Source: an uncultured Alphaproteobacteria bacterium (lineage in GTDB: Bacteria; Pseudomonadota; Alphaproteobacteria; HIMB59). Taken from it: a DNA stretch of 64,000 nucleotides. The notes beneath the pieces are model-generated. The model worked only from the letters and a program-made list of their open reading frames with translations, was not told the origin of the DNA and searched no databases. A program made the translations under genes and the position numbers. Below, piece after piece: positions 1 to 9,163 of this stretch. The stretch's first letter is position 1, and each line of letters starts with the position of its first letter. The stretch is from contig CACGPP010000006.1 of NCBI GenBank assembly GCA_902574995.1, forward strand, positions 16,140-80,139. Reading direction: 5' to 3'.

Positions 1-280
1 ATCTCTCGCAAATGGTAAAAGCGGTATTGCTCGCACAGTTTGAGTTATTACAAATTATAAACGAGTTAATACTCTCAATTTTGTGAATTTTTCCTAATTC
101 AACCAATTTATCTAAAGCTCTGTAAACTTGAAGAGGTGAGTTTAAACCCTCTTTCTTCAGACTGTCTAATATAAAGTATGCCTTTAAAGGTTCACCACTG
201 TTTTGTAAGAGATCAAGAACAATTCTTTGATTTTTGGTCAAACTTTGATTTTTTTTAGAATGTGTATGTGTTGAACTCAT
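1..280 (-). CDS. zur: Zinc uptake regulator, Fur family (partial, runs off window start)
   Basis: Manual translation from ATG at 280: MSSTHTHSKKNQSLTKNQRIVLDLLQNSGEPLKAYFILDSLKKEGLNSPLQVYRALDKLVELGKIHKIESINSFIIC...FTICER. Fur-type HTH (VYRALDKL); directly downstream of znuCB. Confidence 0.9.
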   Translation of the reverse strand, partial: MSSTHTHSKKNQSLTKNQRIVLDLLQNSGEPLKAYFILDSLKKEGLNSPLQVYRALDKLVELGKIHKIESINSFIICNNSNCASNTAFTICER

Positions 281-281
281 C

Positions 282-1103
282 TTAATTTGACAATTCTATT
301 TTTTTTTTTGAAATTAGCAATTTTTTCAGAGGTATTAGACTTAAGATAAAGACACCTAAGGTTATTGCTAGTATAGTTGGACCTGTCGGAGAATTCCAAA
401 TCATTGAAGTTTGTAATCCGAGTACAACTGAAACAAGTCCTATAACTGAAGAAATTATTGCCATTTGTATAGGGGTAGATGATAAATTTCTAGAGGCAGC
501 AGCAGGTATTATTAGAAGACCTGTAATTAATAATATACCAACAATTTTAATTGAAATTGCTATTACGCTGGCAATTAGAATTGTAAAAATAGCATTAGCT
601 AGATCAGCATTTAAACCTTCTGCTTTAGCTAATTCTAAATTTACAGTTGCAGCAAATAGAGGCCTCCAAATTAGTATTAAAACTATCAAAACAATGCTTC
701 CACCAACCCAAACAAACAAAACATCAGTGATGTTTACTGATAAAATATCACCAAAAAGCAGACCCATAAGATCAATTCTTATAAACGAAAGTATACCTAA
801 TAAAACTAAACCAATTGCTAAAACTGAATGTGCTAAAAGACCTAGTAATGCATCATCAGGTAGATTGGTTCGTTTTTGTAAGAAAAGTAGTGACAAAGCA
901 ATAAAGCAAGAAACAGCAAAAACTGCAATGATCAGATTAAAATTCATTGCATGAGCGATAACTACACCCAACAATGCAGAGTGGGCGATTGTGTCACCAA
1001 AATAAGATAATTTCCTCCAAATAATAAAACATCCAAGTGGGCCTGTAATTAATGCTAAACCAATACCTGCTACAAACGCTCTGATAATAAAATCATCAAA
1101 CAT
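282..1103 (-). CDS. znuB: Zn ABC transporter permease
   Basis: Hydrophobic ABC-3 permease motifs (GDTIAHSALLG, LLFGDIL, GLLIIPAAAS); operon with znuC and zur. Confidence 0.93.
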   Translation of the reverse strand: MFDDFIIRAFVAGIGLALITGPLGCFIIWRKLSYFGDTIAHSALLGVVIAHAMNFNLIIAVFAVSCFIALSLLFLQKRTNLPDDALLGLLAHSVLAIGLVLLGILSFIRIDLMGLLFGDILSVNITDVLFVWVGGSIVLIVLILIWRPLFAATVNLELAKAEGLNADLANAIFTILIASVIAISIKIVGILLITGLLIIPAAASRNLSSTPIQMAIISSVIGLVSVVLGLQTSMIWNSPTGPTILAITLGVFILSLIPLKKLLISKKKIELSN

Positions 1104-1855
1104 TATTTATTTTTATCCGCCTCTTTTATGCTTCCATCAGGTAAATGATGATGATCATGATTATGCTTATACAGCGATAAAGTAGGATCAATATTACTAC
1201 CAAATAGCTTAATGTATTCTTGATCTTTTATAACTGAACTGGGAATACCAGAACAGCAAACATGCCCATTAAGACAAATAACATAATCAGTTTGAGACAT
1301 AACTACATGTAAGTTATGCGATATCAAAAGAATGCCACAATTAATTTTTTTTACAATTTCTTGGATTGTTTTGTATAAAGCAATCTCTCCAGAATAGTCT
1401 ACCCCTTGAACAGGTTCATCTAATACAAGAAAATGGGGTTCTTTAGCTATGGCACGGGCCATAAGTAATCGTTGAAATTCACCTCCTGATAAATTTCTTA
1501 CATCTTCATTAATTAGATGTTGGATACCAGTAATTCCAAGTGCATCATTGATTTCACTAGTTTTATGTTTTGTTACTAAATTAACAAAATCTATTGACCT
1601 CAAGGGTAAAGACCAATCAATTGAAATTTTTTGTGGTACATATGAAATTCTAATATCTTTTTTAATTGTGTTTGTACCTTCATCAGGTTTTAAAATATCT
1701 AAAGACATTTTAGCAGTAGTTGATTTACCTGACCCATTGGGTCCGATTAGCGTTACAATTTCTCCTTGTGAGACTTTTAAGGAAACACCCCTCACTAACC
1801 ATTTTTGATTTCTAAAGACCCCACAATTATTTAATTCAACCAGACTGTTATTCAT
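1103..1855 (-). CDS. znuC: Zn ABC transporter ATP-binding protein
   Basis: Walker A GPNGSGKST, signature LSGGEFQR, Walker B LVLDEP, C-terminal CLNGHVCCSG and His-rich tail. Confidence 0.95.
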   Translation of the reverse strand: MNNSLVELNNCGVFRNQKWLVRGVSLKVSQGEIVTLIGPNGSGKSTTAKMSLDILKPDEGTNTIKKDIRISYVPQKISIDWSLPLRSIDFVNLVTKHKTSEINDALGITGIQHLINEDVRNLSGGEFQRLLMARAIAKEPHFLVLDEPVQGVDYSGEIALYKTIQEIVKKINCGILLISHNLHVVMSQTDYVICLNGHVCCSGIPSSVIKDQEYIKLFGSNIDPTLSLYKHNHDHHHLPDGSIKEADKNK

Positions 1856-1878
1856 TTTTTAATTTGACTTATTAATAG

Positions 1879-1910
1879 TGTTATATTATTACATATGTAA
1901 TAGTATAACA
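1879..1910. promoter_or_regulatory. Tandem Zur boxes forming a 32-bp palindrome between divergent znuC and znuA
   Basis: TGTTATATTATTACAT / ATGTAATAGTATAACA is an inverted repeat with one mismatch; each half resembles the Zur operator (TGTnATA-N-TATAACA); a TTGACT -35 lies at 1864. Confidence 0.8.
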
Positions 1911-1928
1911 TTAGAGGTGGTAATTAAT

Positions 1929-2966
1929 ATGAATTTGTTCAAAAGATCAATATTTTTCGGACTTTCTTTTTTATTTTTAAGTTTTAATTCTCATGCAGAT
2001 GTGAAAACGGACATTAAAGTAGTCACTACAATAAAGCCTTTGCATTCTTTGATATCAAGAATTATGGAAACAAGAGGAGAACCTCAATTAATTATTGAAG
2101 GTACAAATAATCCTCACACATTTGTTTTTAAACCATCTCATGCAAAAATGATTGAAGAAGCTGATATTATTTTTTGGATTGGCGAGGATTTAGAGGCATT
2201 TATGGAAAAACCTTTAGACTCACTTGCTGAGAAAGCACAAGTTATTTCATTTATGGAGCTATCATCTATAGAAAAATTAAAATTTAGAGAAAAAAATATT
2301 TTTGATGATCATGATGGCCATGAAGATGAACATGAAGGCCATGAGGATGAAGATGATCATGGTCACAAGGACGACGATCACGATGATGATCATGATGGCC
2401 ATGAAGATGAACATGAAGGTCACGATGACGATCACAAGGACGCACATGCGCATGCACACGGTGAGTTTGATCCACACATTTGGCTAGACCCAGAAAATGC
2501 TAAAGAAATGGTTAAAATTATCCGAGACGAATTAATTAAAATAGATCCAGATGGTCAAAGACAATATTCAGTTAATACTGCAGGGGCAACATTGGAACTA
2601 GATAATTTAATCAATAGTGTAGAAAAAGAATTATCAAAAGATATTAGCTATATTGTATTTCACGATGCTTACCAATATTTTGAGAATAGATTTGGAGTAA
2701 TTCCTGCTGGAGCATTGACTTTAAATCCAGATGTTTTACCAGGAGCTAAACAAATAGCAGATATACAAGATGTTATAAATGACAAAGGTATTAAATGTAT
2801 TTTTTCTGAACCTCAATATAATCCAAAAATAATTGAAACTATCGGGAATGATATGAAAATTTCTACTGGTGTAATGGATCCTTTGGGAGCTTATATAGAT
2901 GCTGGACCTTCAATGTATAGTGATCTAATTAATGGAATTGCAAATTCAATTAAAGATTGTCACTAA
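1929..2966 (+). CDS. znuA: Zn ABC transporter substrate-binding protein with long His/Asp/Glu loop
   Basis: Signal peptide, VVTTIKPL, PH..., DPHIWLDP and FHDAYQYFE motifs. ATG at 1929 follows a GAGGTG RBS, preferred over the track's GTG at 1878. Confidence 0.95.
   Translation: MNLFKRSIFFGLSFLFLSFNSHADVKTDIKVVTTIKPLHSLISRIMETRGEPQLIIEGTNNPHTFVFKPSHAKMIEEADIIFWIGEDLEAFMEKPLDSLAEKAQVISFMELSSIEKLKFREKNIFDDHDGHEDEHEGHEDEDDHGHKDDDHDDDHDGHEDEHEGHDDDHKDAHAHAHGEFDPHIWLDPENAKEMVKIIRDELIKIDPDGQRQYSVNTAGATLELDNLINSVEKELSKDISYIVFHDAYQYFENRFGVIPAGALTLNPDVLPGAKQIADIQDVINDKGIKCIFSEPQYNPKIIETIGNDMKISTGVMDPLGAYIDAGPSMYSDLINGIANSIKDCH
2303..2419 (+). repeat. 36-bp direct repeat within the ZnuA His-rich loop
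   Basis: TGATGATCATGATGGCCATGAAGATGAACATGAAGG at 2303-2338 and 2384-2419 (offset 81, in frame). Confidence 0.85.
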
Positions 2967-3043
2967 TAAAATTTGAAATAAGTTTCAGAAAATTGAAATA
3001 TTCATAGAAACTTAAAGGCTAAAAAAAAACTAATTTACATGTC

Positions 3044-3076
3044 TTTCTTATAGGCATTTTATATGCCTATGAGAAA
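3044..3076. terminator. Hairpin downstream of znuA
   Basis: TTTCTTATAGGCAT-N5-ATGCCTATGAGAAA, 14-bp stem with one mismatch. Confidence 0.5.
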
Positions 3077-3344
3077 AATTAAAAATAAAGTTTGTAATCT
3101 TAGAATAAAAAGACTTGTCGAGGAAAAATATTATCCAATATCATTTATTGATAGAGTAAATGTTATTTATCAATTGAACTCTCAAAAAAAAAATAAAGTG
3201 AATGTCACTAACATGAGTAAGCCTTGATACAGCTAACTAAACAAAGTTATTTAAAACTCATTTCAATCTAATAGTGCTATTTTGTCTTTAATTTTTATCC
3301 TGAAAGTATTGATAAATAATGAAATTTAACATAGTTTAACTCTG

Positions 3345-3761
3345 ATGAACTTATCAAACGCTTGTAAAAAAGACATTGATGTGGTCTTAGAAAATTGTGG
3401 CTGGAGACAGACCAAACAGAGAGTGGTGCTTTTAAAGTCAATTTTTGATGGAAATCATAAACATTTTTCCATTAATCAAATTAATGAAATTTTAAAAGAC
3501 AATAGAAGTTATTTTTCTCTGACTACTCTTTATGAAAATCTAAATACCCTTGTTGATAAAGGATATTTAAAACAAATCGTTGTTGATAAACAATCATTTT
3601 ACGACACTAATACTACCGATCACATACATGTTTATAATCAAGAAGAAAACCGAATCTATGATTATGACGATTGCAAAGAGCTTCACAAAGATCTTCCTAT
3701 ACCAGCTTGCTTATCACTTCTTGAAGAATATTCACTAGTTATAAATTTAAAAAAAAAGTAA
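3345..3761 (+). CDS. Fur-family regulator, Irr-like
   Basis: RQTKQR N-terminus, SLTTLYENLNTL HTH, FYDTNTTDHIHVY motif resembling alphaproteobacterial Irr (FDTNTSDHHHF). Confidence 0.75.
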   Translation: MNLSNACKKDIDVVLENCGWRQTKQRVVLLKSIFDGNHKHFSINQINEILKDNRSYFSLTTLYENLNTLVDKGYLKQIVVDKQSFYDTNTTDHIHVYNQEENRIYDYDDCKELHKDLPIPACLSLLEEYSLVINLKKK

Positions 3762-3866
3762 ATTTTTAATCTGTAGTTCATTTCAGAAATAGTTTTTTTT
3801 TATTCATTTGTAACATTCATTTTTTTTTGTATTTAGATTTTTTCAATTTGAGATTAGTAATATGAT

Positions 3867-4868
3867 ATGAAAAATTTAATTTCTTTTTTAATAAAGATTT
3901 TAGTAATTAATTTCTTTATTGGTTTTAGTGGTGCACATGCGGATGATTTATTAAAAATTTACTCAGAAAGACAACCAATGTTAATTGAACCTCTTTTAAA
4001 TGAATTTGAGAGTCAAACTGGTATTGATGTTGAATGGATATATTCCAAGAAAGGCTTAGTTCAAAAAATTATTTTAGAAAAAGATAAGCCTGTAGCTGAC
4101 GTATTCTTAGCATCAGATATATCAAGATTAATTGATGTAGCTGAAGCAGGAGCCTCAATTAAAATTAATAATTCTTCTGCTGTGCCCTCTCATCTCCAAA
4201 GTGATAATTGGATAGGCCTTACTCAAAGAGCAAGGATTATATACGTGAATAAAGATTTAGGTCTTAATGATATTACTTATGAGGATTTAGTATCTGAAAA
4301 ATATAAAGGAAGAATATGTACAAGATCTGGTTTTCACCCATATAATGTTTCATTGTTTGCATCTTTGATGGCTCATCATGGTGAGGAGTGGTTAGAGAAT
4401 TATTTGATTAATTTAAAAGCAAATTTAGCTAGAAAACCTCAGGGTAACGACAGAGACCAAGTCAAAGCAATATATGCAGGGGTTTGTGATTTAAGTATCG
4501 GCAACCATTATTATTATTTCAAGATGCTCAATAATGAAGAACAAAAGATATGGCTAGAGAAAGCAACAATTGTTTTTCCTAACCAAAAGGATAGAGGAAC
4601 TCATGTTAATATTTCTGGTATAGCTTTACTTAAAGAAAGTTCTAGAGAAAAATCTGAAAAACTTTTGGATTTCTTAGTTAGTCAAAAAGCTCAGGCCATA
4701 TACGCAAATGACAATAATGAATTTCCTGTTTCACCCGATGTACCTTTATCAGATGGTGTGAATGAATTAGCAGGAGGTGCTAAGTTTGACAATATTGATT
4801 TATTAAAAATAGCTGAAAATCGAAAAGCTGTTATTAATATTTTAAATAAAATAAATTACGACGAGTAG
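3867..4868 (+). CDS. Fe(III) ABC transporter substrate-binding protein (FutA/SfuA-like)
   Basis: Signal peptide; IYSER, GLTQRARII, RSGFHPYNVSL, GNDRDQVKAI and NHYYY (iron-binding tyrosines) motifs. Confidence 0.88.
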   Translation: MKNLISFLIKILVINFFIGFSGAHADDLLKIYSERQPMLIEPLLNEFESQTGIDVEWIYSKKGLVQKIILEKDKPVADVFLASDISRLIDVAEAGASIKINNSSAVPSHLQSDNWIGLTQRARIIYVNKDLGLNDITYEDLVSEKYKGRICTRSGFHPYNVSLFASLMAHHGEEWLENYLINLKANLARKPQGNDRDQVKAIYAGVCDLSIGNHYYYFKMLNNEEQKIWLEKATIVFPNQKDRGTHVNISGIALLKESSREKSEKLLDFLVSQKAQAIYANDNNEFPVSPDVPLSDGVNELAGGAKFDNIDLLKIAENRKAVINILNKINYDE

Positions 4869-4912
4869 TAGATTTTTTATATTTCAAAGGTTGGTCGCTT
4901 CAAATAGGCCCG

Positions 4913-4941
4913 ATGCACCCCATTGGTTAGGGTGCATTTTT
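4913..4941 (+). terminator. Rho-independent terminator after the Fe-binding protein gene
   Basis: ATGCACCC-N9-GGGTGCAT followed by a T run. Confidence 0.7.
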
Positions 4942-5010
4942 CATAAATGAATGTGAAATTGTAGCAATCGCTTCAGTTGAATAAATAATCTTTATAACTA
5001 AAATTTGCTT

Positions 5011-6216
5011 ATGAATAATTCTGAAATACTCAGTGTTTTATTAAATTCTGATAAAGAATTAATAATTTATAGAAACTCAGATAAAAATAATTTCGAAATA
5101 TATACGGATTTTGCTGAAAAAGTTAATTTAAACATAGGTAATTTAGATAAGTTTTTAAATAAATTAGAGCGATTTAAATCAAATAAACCCTATGATTGTT
5201 ATATTGGCTTCTTCGGTTATGAATTACTTTGTAAGAATATTAATTTAAAAGTAAACAAAGATAATTCATCTTTTCCTGAGGGAGTTTTTTTTCGACCACA
5301 AACTAAAATAATCTTAGATAAACAAGTTAAAATTGTAACCAAATCTAAATCAAAATTACTAAAAGACCTTAAAGCTTTAAATAAAACTACTTTTTCAAAT
5401 AGCAATAAAATATCTGTAAGTCCAAACGTCCAAGTATATGAAAAAATCTTTAATAAATTTAAAAAAAATATAAGGGCTGGTGAAACCTATCAAATAAAAA
5501 TTGCTCAAAAATATTCGAACAAAAAAGATTTAGATGTAGTGAATTTATTTTTCAATTTGATGAAGAAAAATCTTAGTCCAGAGTCTTTTTGTATTAGAAC
5601 AAATGATTTTAATATAATTAGTTGCTCTCCTGAAAACCTTTTTAAGGTAAAAGGAAAAAAAATAATCACCTCCCCAATAGCAGGAACAGTAAGTAGAGAT
5701 AAGGTAAAATCAACAAAAGAGGCTAGAAAGTTTTTTGAAAATAATCAAAAAGAGGACAAAGAACATAATATGATTGTTGACTTAGAAAGAAATGATTTAA
5801 GTCGTATAACTAAGGCAAACACTGTCAAAATTCAAAATTTAAAATTTGTTCAAAAATACCAATATATTTTCCACAATGTCTCTGAAATTTCAGGAACACT
5901 TCTTGATAATGTAAGGTTATCTGCAGTGATTAAGGCGATGATGCCCGGTGGCTCAGTTATAGGTTGTCCAAAAATTAATACTTTAAAATTACTCAATAAA
6001 GAGGAGAAAGAACCAAGAAGAATTTATACTGGTTCTTTTGGTTACTATCGCTCTAAACAGGATATGAGTTTTAACATAATAATTAGATCTATTTTAAATT
6101 TTCAAAAAAATAATGAGGTATTTGCTGCTAGTGGTGTGATTTTAGATAGTACTGCAAAAAATGAATACCATGAAAATTACTTAAAAGCTAAATCGTTATT
6201 GGATTTATTAAAATGA
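5011..6216 (+). CDS. pabB: Aminodeoxychorismate synthase component I
   Basis: Chorismate-binding motifs GETYQI, SPENLF, PIAGT, EHNMIVDLERNDL, PGGSVIGCPK, NIIIRS; first gene of the folate operon. Confidence 0.85.
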   Translation: MNNSEILSVLLNSDKELIIYRNSDKNNFEIYTDFAEKVNLNIGNLDKFLNKLERFKSNKPYDCYIGFFGYELLCKNINLKVNKDNSSFPEGVFFRPQTKIILDKQVKIVTKSKSKLLKDLKALNKTTFSNSNKISVSPNVQVYEKIFNKFKKNIRAGETYQIKIAQKYSNKKDLDVVNLFFNLMKKNLSPESFCIRTNDFNIISCSPENLFKVKGKKIITSPIAGTVSRDKVKSTKEARKFFENNQKEDKEHNMIVDLERNDLSRITKANTVKIQNLKFVQKYQYIFHNVSEISGTLLDNVRLSAVIKAMMPGGSVIGCPKINTLKLLNKEEKEPRRIYTGSFGYYRSKQDMSFNIIIRSILNFQKNNEVFAASGVILDSTAKNEYHENYLKAKSLLDLLK

Positions 6217-6779
6217 ACTTACTTTTAATTGACCACGAAGACTCCTTTACTTATAACCTAGCACATTTGTTATCAGGATTTGGTAATTTAGAAGTAAAAA
6301 ATTTTTATGACATTAAAGAAAAATCTATAAAAAAATCTGACATCATTATTTTTTCTCCAGGACCAGGGAAGCCCTCAGATTACCCAGTATCACTTGATAT
6401 TTATAATAATTATAAATCAAAGAAAAAAATAATTGGTATTTGTCTTGGTTTTCAACTTATTGCTAATGGAGAGGGCGGAACTATTTCTAAGCAAGAAAAA
6501 ATATTTCATGGTTATCAGACTTATATTAGAACGAATTCAAAAAGTTTAAGATTTCCTAATAATGCTTTATATCAAGTAGGTAGATACCATTCTTTAAAAC
6601 TAAAAGAGCCATTTAATTCCTCTTCAATGCATATTACAATGAGATGTGAAGAAACTAATGTTGCAATGTGTTTGGAAAGTCATAAATATGATATTTGTGG
6701 TTTACAATTTCACCCAGACTCGTTTTTGACTCCAAATGGCAAACAATTTATTCGAAAAATCATTCAATATAAAAAATAA
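6213..6779 (+). CDS. pabA: Aminodeoxychorismate/anthranilate synthase component II (glutamine amidotransferase)
   Basis: IDHEDSFTYNL, SPGPG, GICLG, GRYHSL, QFHPDS; ATGA overlap with pabB. Confidence 0.85.
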   Translation: MNLLLIDHEDSFTYNLAHLLSGFGNLEVKNFYDIKEKSIKKSDIIIFSPGPGKPSDYPVSLDIYNNYKSKKKIIGICLGFQLIANGEGGTISKQEKIFHGYQTYIRTNSKSLRFPNNALYQVGRYHSLKLKEPFNSSSMHITMRCEETNVAMCLESHKYDICGLQFHPDSFLTPNGKQFIRKIIQYKK

Positions 6780-7515
6780 TTCATATTACTCCTCACAATT
6801 TAAGCCACTGTGGGGTCAAAAAGGTGTTTTTACATCCATACCTGTAATTGGAAAAACACCAAGGTTAATAGGTTTAAATAAATATTTGAGAACTTTTAAC
6901 ACAACATGTCGGGATTATAAATTTGCTACCAAAATAGATTTAAACATTATCAGAAGTTTAGTAGGAGCGGATTTAAAGAAAATCAAAAATTTTAATCACT
7001 TATTGAGAATAGCAACTAATGGAACAACATTATCAATTTCGTTTAGAAAGAGAACAACAACTAAAGACAGTGTCATTGGATTTATAAAAAAATACAAAAG
7101 AAGAGACTTTAAAAATAAAAACTTATTTTACAAAAAATTATTAAAATTCATGAGTGAAATAAATTACTCTGAAAATGAAATTATATTACTAAGAGACGAT
7201 GAAATTACAGAAGGAGCAGTCACAAATTTAGTTTTTGTAAAGAGAGATAAAATTTATATTCCCAAAACTGGGTATTATCATGGAAATACATTGAAGCTTA
7301 TTGAAGAAATATCAAAATCGAAATTTATTAAAAGAAAAATTTTATTAGAGGATCTAAAAGAATACAGTGAGATATTATCGATTGGCTCTGGTAGAGGTAT
7401 TACCTCAATAAAAAAAATTCAAAGTGTTTTATGGAAGAGAGCGTCTACAAAATATTTTCAAAAATTAAAAAAAGATTATGAAACTATGATAAAAAGGAAT
7501 TATTATGAAATTTAA
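6736..7515 (+). CDS. pabC: Class IV aminotransferase-like protein, probable aminodeoxychorismate lyase
   Basis: ITEGAVTNLVF fold-type IV motif; position between pabA and folP. Confidence 0.65.
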   Translation: MANNLFEKSFNIKNNSYYSSQFKPLWGQKGVFTSIPVIGKTPRLIGLNKYLRTFNTTCRDYKFATKIDLNIIRSLVGADLKKIKNFNHLLRIATNGTTLSISFRKRTTTKDSVIGFIKKYKRRDFKNKNLFYKKLLKFMSEINYSENEIILLRDDEITEGAVTNLVFVKRDKIYIPKTGYYHGNTLKLIEEISKSKFIKRKILLEDLKEYSEILSIGSGRGITSIKKIQSVLWKRASTKYFQKLKKDYETMIKRNYYEI

Positions 7516-8320
7516 TCAACATTCCTTTGCTTTGAAAAAGCCTTTACTAGTAGGTATATGTAATTTTACACCTGACTCATTTAGTGATGGGGGAAAAACA
7601 TTTTCACGATCTACTGCATTGAAACATATAAATGCAATGGTTAAAGATGGTGCACAAATTATTGATATTGGTGCCGAAAGCACTAGACCAAATAGCGAGC
7701 CAATTACATATATTGAAGAAATAAATCGTTTATCCAAAATCTTACCATATTTAAACTATAAGAAATACCTTGTCTCTGTGGACTCGTATAAAATTGAGTC
7801 CCAAGAGTATGCACTGAAAAAAGGTGCTCATATCATTAATGATATTAATGGAGGATCAGAAGAGCTATTTAAACTTATAAAGAAATATAACGCAGGACTT
7901 TTCTTAATGCACAAAAGAGGAACACCAAAGGAAATGCAAAAAAAACTTAATTCCAGAATAAATATGGTAAGAGAATTTGATTATTTTATTAAAAAAAGAT
8001 TGAAAATACTTAATAATATGAAGATTAATCTCAAAAAGGTATGGTTTGATCCTGGTATAGGATTTGGCAAAACACTAAATCAAAATTTACAATTAATGAA
8101 ATCTTTGAAGAAATTCAGTAGTGCAAATATCCAAGTATTATTGGGATCCTCACGAAAAAGTTGGATAAATCATATTGATACATCAAATGCTGATGAAAGG
8201 ATTGGAGGATCTTTAGCTTCTGTGGCGCATGCTCTCAAACAAAATATTCACACATATAGAATTCATGATGTCAAAGAGACAAATCAAATGATAAAAGTTT
8301 TGAAAGCATTAAATAAATGA
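7505..8320 (+). CDS. folP: Dihydropteroate synthase
   Basis: NFTPDSFSDGG, DIGAESTRP, DPGIGFGK, SRKS, RIHDV. Confidence 0.95.
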   Translation: MKFNQHSFALKKPLLVGICNFTPDSFSDGGKTFSRSTALKHINAMVKDGAQIIDIGAESTRPNSEPITYIEEINRLSKILPYLNYKKYLVSVDSYKIESQEYALKKGAHIINDINGGSEELFKLIKKYNAGLFLMHKRGTPKEMQKKLNSRINMVREFDYFIKKRLKILNNMKINLKKVWFDPGIGFGKTLNQNLQLMKSLKKFSSANIQVLLGSSRKSWINHIDTSNADERIGGSLASVAHALKQNIHTYRIHDVKETNQMIKVLKALNK

Positions 8321-8664
8321 AATTTTTTATCGAAATAGAAGAGCTAAAAGTTGACACAATTATTGGGGTGTTCGAAGAAGAAAGGTTAAAACCCCAAACT
8401 ATATTAATAAGTATAAAATGCCAGTTAGACATTGATCATAATCAAGATCTTGACAATATTGAAAATGTTACAAGTTATTCAGATATCAAAAATGAAATAA
8501 TTAAATTTGTTGCAGCCTCTCAATATAAAACATTGGAAAAATTAATTACAGATCTTAAAAAACAACTAGATGATAAGTTTCCAATTCAAATAGAAAAATT
8601 AGAAATAAATAAAATTGAGATTGCTAAAAAATACAATGCAAAAAAAGTTAGCGTATCGATATAA
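8317..8664 (+). CDS. folB: Dihydroneopterin aldolase
   Basis: IIGVFEEER..PQ, SY, TLEKL motifs; between folP and folK. Confidence 0.85.
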   Translation: MKFFIEIEELKVDTIIGVFEEERLKPQTILISIKCQLDIDHNQDLDNIENVTSYSDIKNEIIKFVAASQYKTLEKLITDLKKQLDDKFPIQIEKLEINKIEIAKKYNAKKVSVSI

Positions 8665-9163
8665 ATCATATATTGCTATCGGATCAAATATAGGCAATTG
8701 GAGAAGTAATTTTAACAGTGCATTAAATTTAATGAATAAATTTGGTCATGTTAAAAAGGTTAGTAGAGTTTATTTTACCAAGCCTTTTGGTTTAACCGCC
8801 CAAAAATATTTTCATAATGCTGCCTTTTTATTTCTCACTAATTTATTTTTTAATGAGCTATTTATAAAAATGAACGCTGTAGAAAAGCTGATAAAAAAAA
8901 ATAAACTTCTAGAGAATGGGCCAAGAAGAATTGATTTAGATCTTATTCAATTCGAAAACTTGAAAGTTAAAAATCATTTAATATCAATTCCTCATCCTTC
9001 CTCACATTTAAGAGATTTTGTTATACAGCCAGTATTAGACCTCAATCCTAATTTTATTGATTTAAAAACCCAATATACTTACAAAAGACTCATCAATAAC
9101 TTAGAGGAACGATTTATTATTAAGAAATCTCGTCAAACCCAAGATTATCAAGGATTTTTTTAA
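8636..9163 (+). CDS. folK: 2-amino-4-hydroxy-6-hydroxymethyldihydropteridine diphosphokinase
   Basis: YIAIGSNIG, GPRRIDLDL, PHP..HLRDFV; ATG at 8636 chosen. Confidence 0.9.
   Translation: MQKKLAYRYKSYIAIGSNIGNWRSNFNSALNLMNKFGHVKKVSRVYFTKPFGLTAQKYFHNAAFLFLTNLFFNELFIKMNAVEKLIKKNKLLENGPRRIDLDLIQFENLKVKNHLISIPHPSSHLRDFVIQPVLDLNPNFIDLKTQYTYKRLINNLEERFIIKKSRQTQDYQGFF

Noticed and set aside
2277-2487. Three short overlapping ORFs with Met/Ile- or His/Arg-rich translations
   Set aside because: Alternative-frame shadows of the low-complexity ZnuA His loop.
3830-3850. Irr ICE-like motif upstream of the Fe-binding protein gene
   Set aside because: Only a partial match to TTTAGAA-N3-TTCTAAA in very AT-rich DNA; not distinguishable from chance.
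4885-4945. Possible tRNA fragment, or THF/ZTP riboswitch before the folate operon
   Set aside because: No cloverleaf or T-loop context and no recognisable aptamer core; the terminator explains most of the structure.
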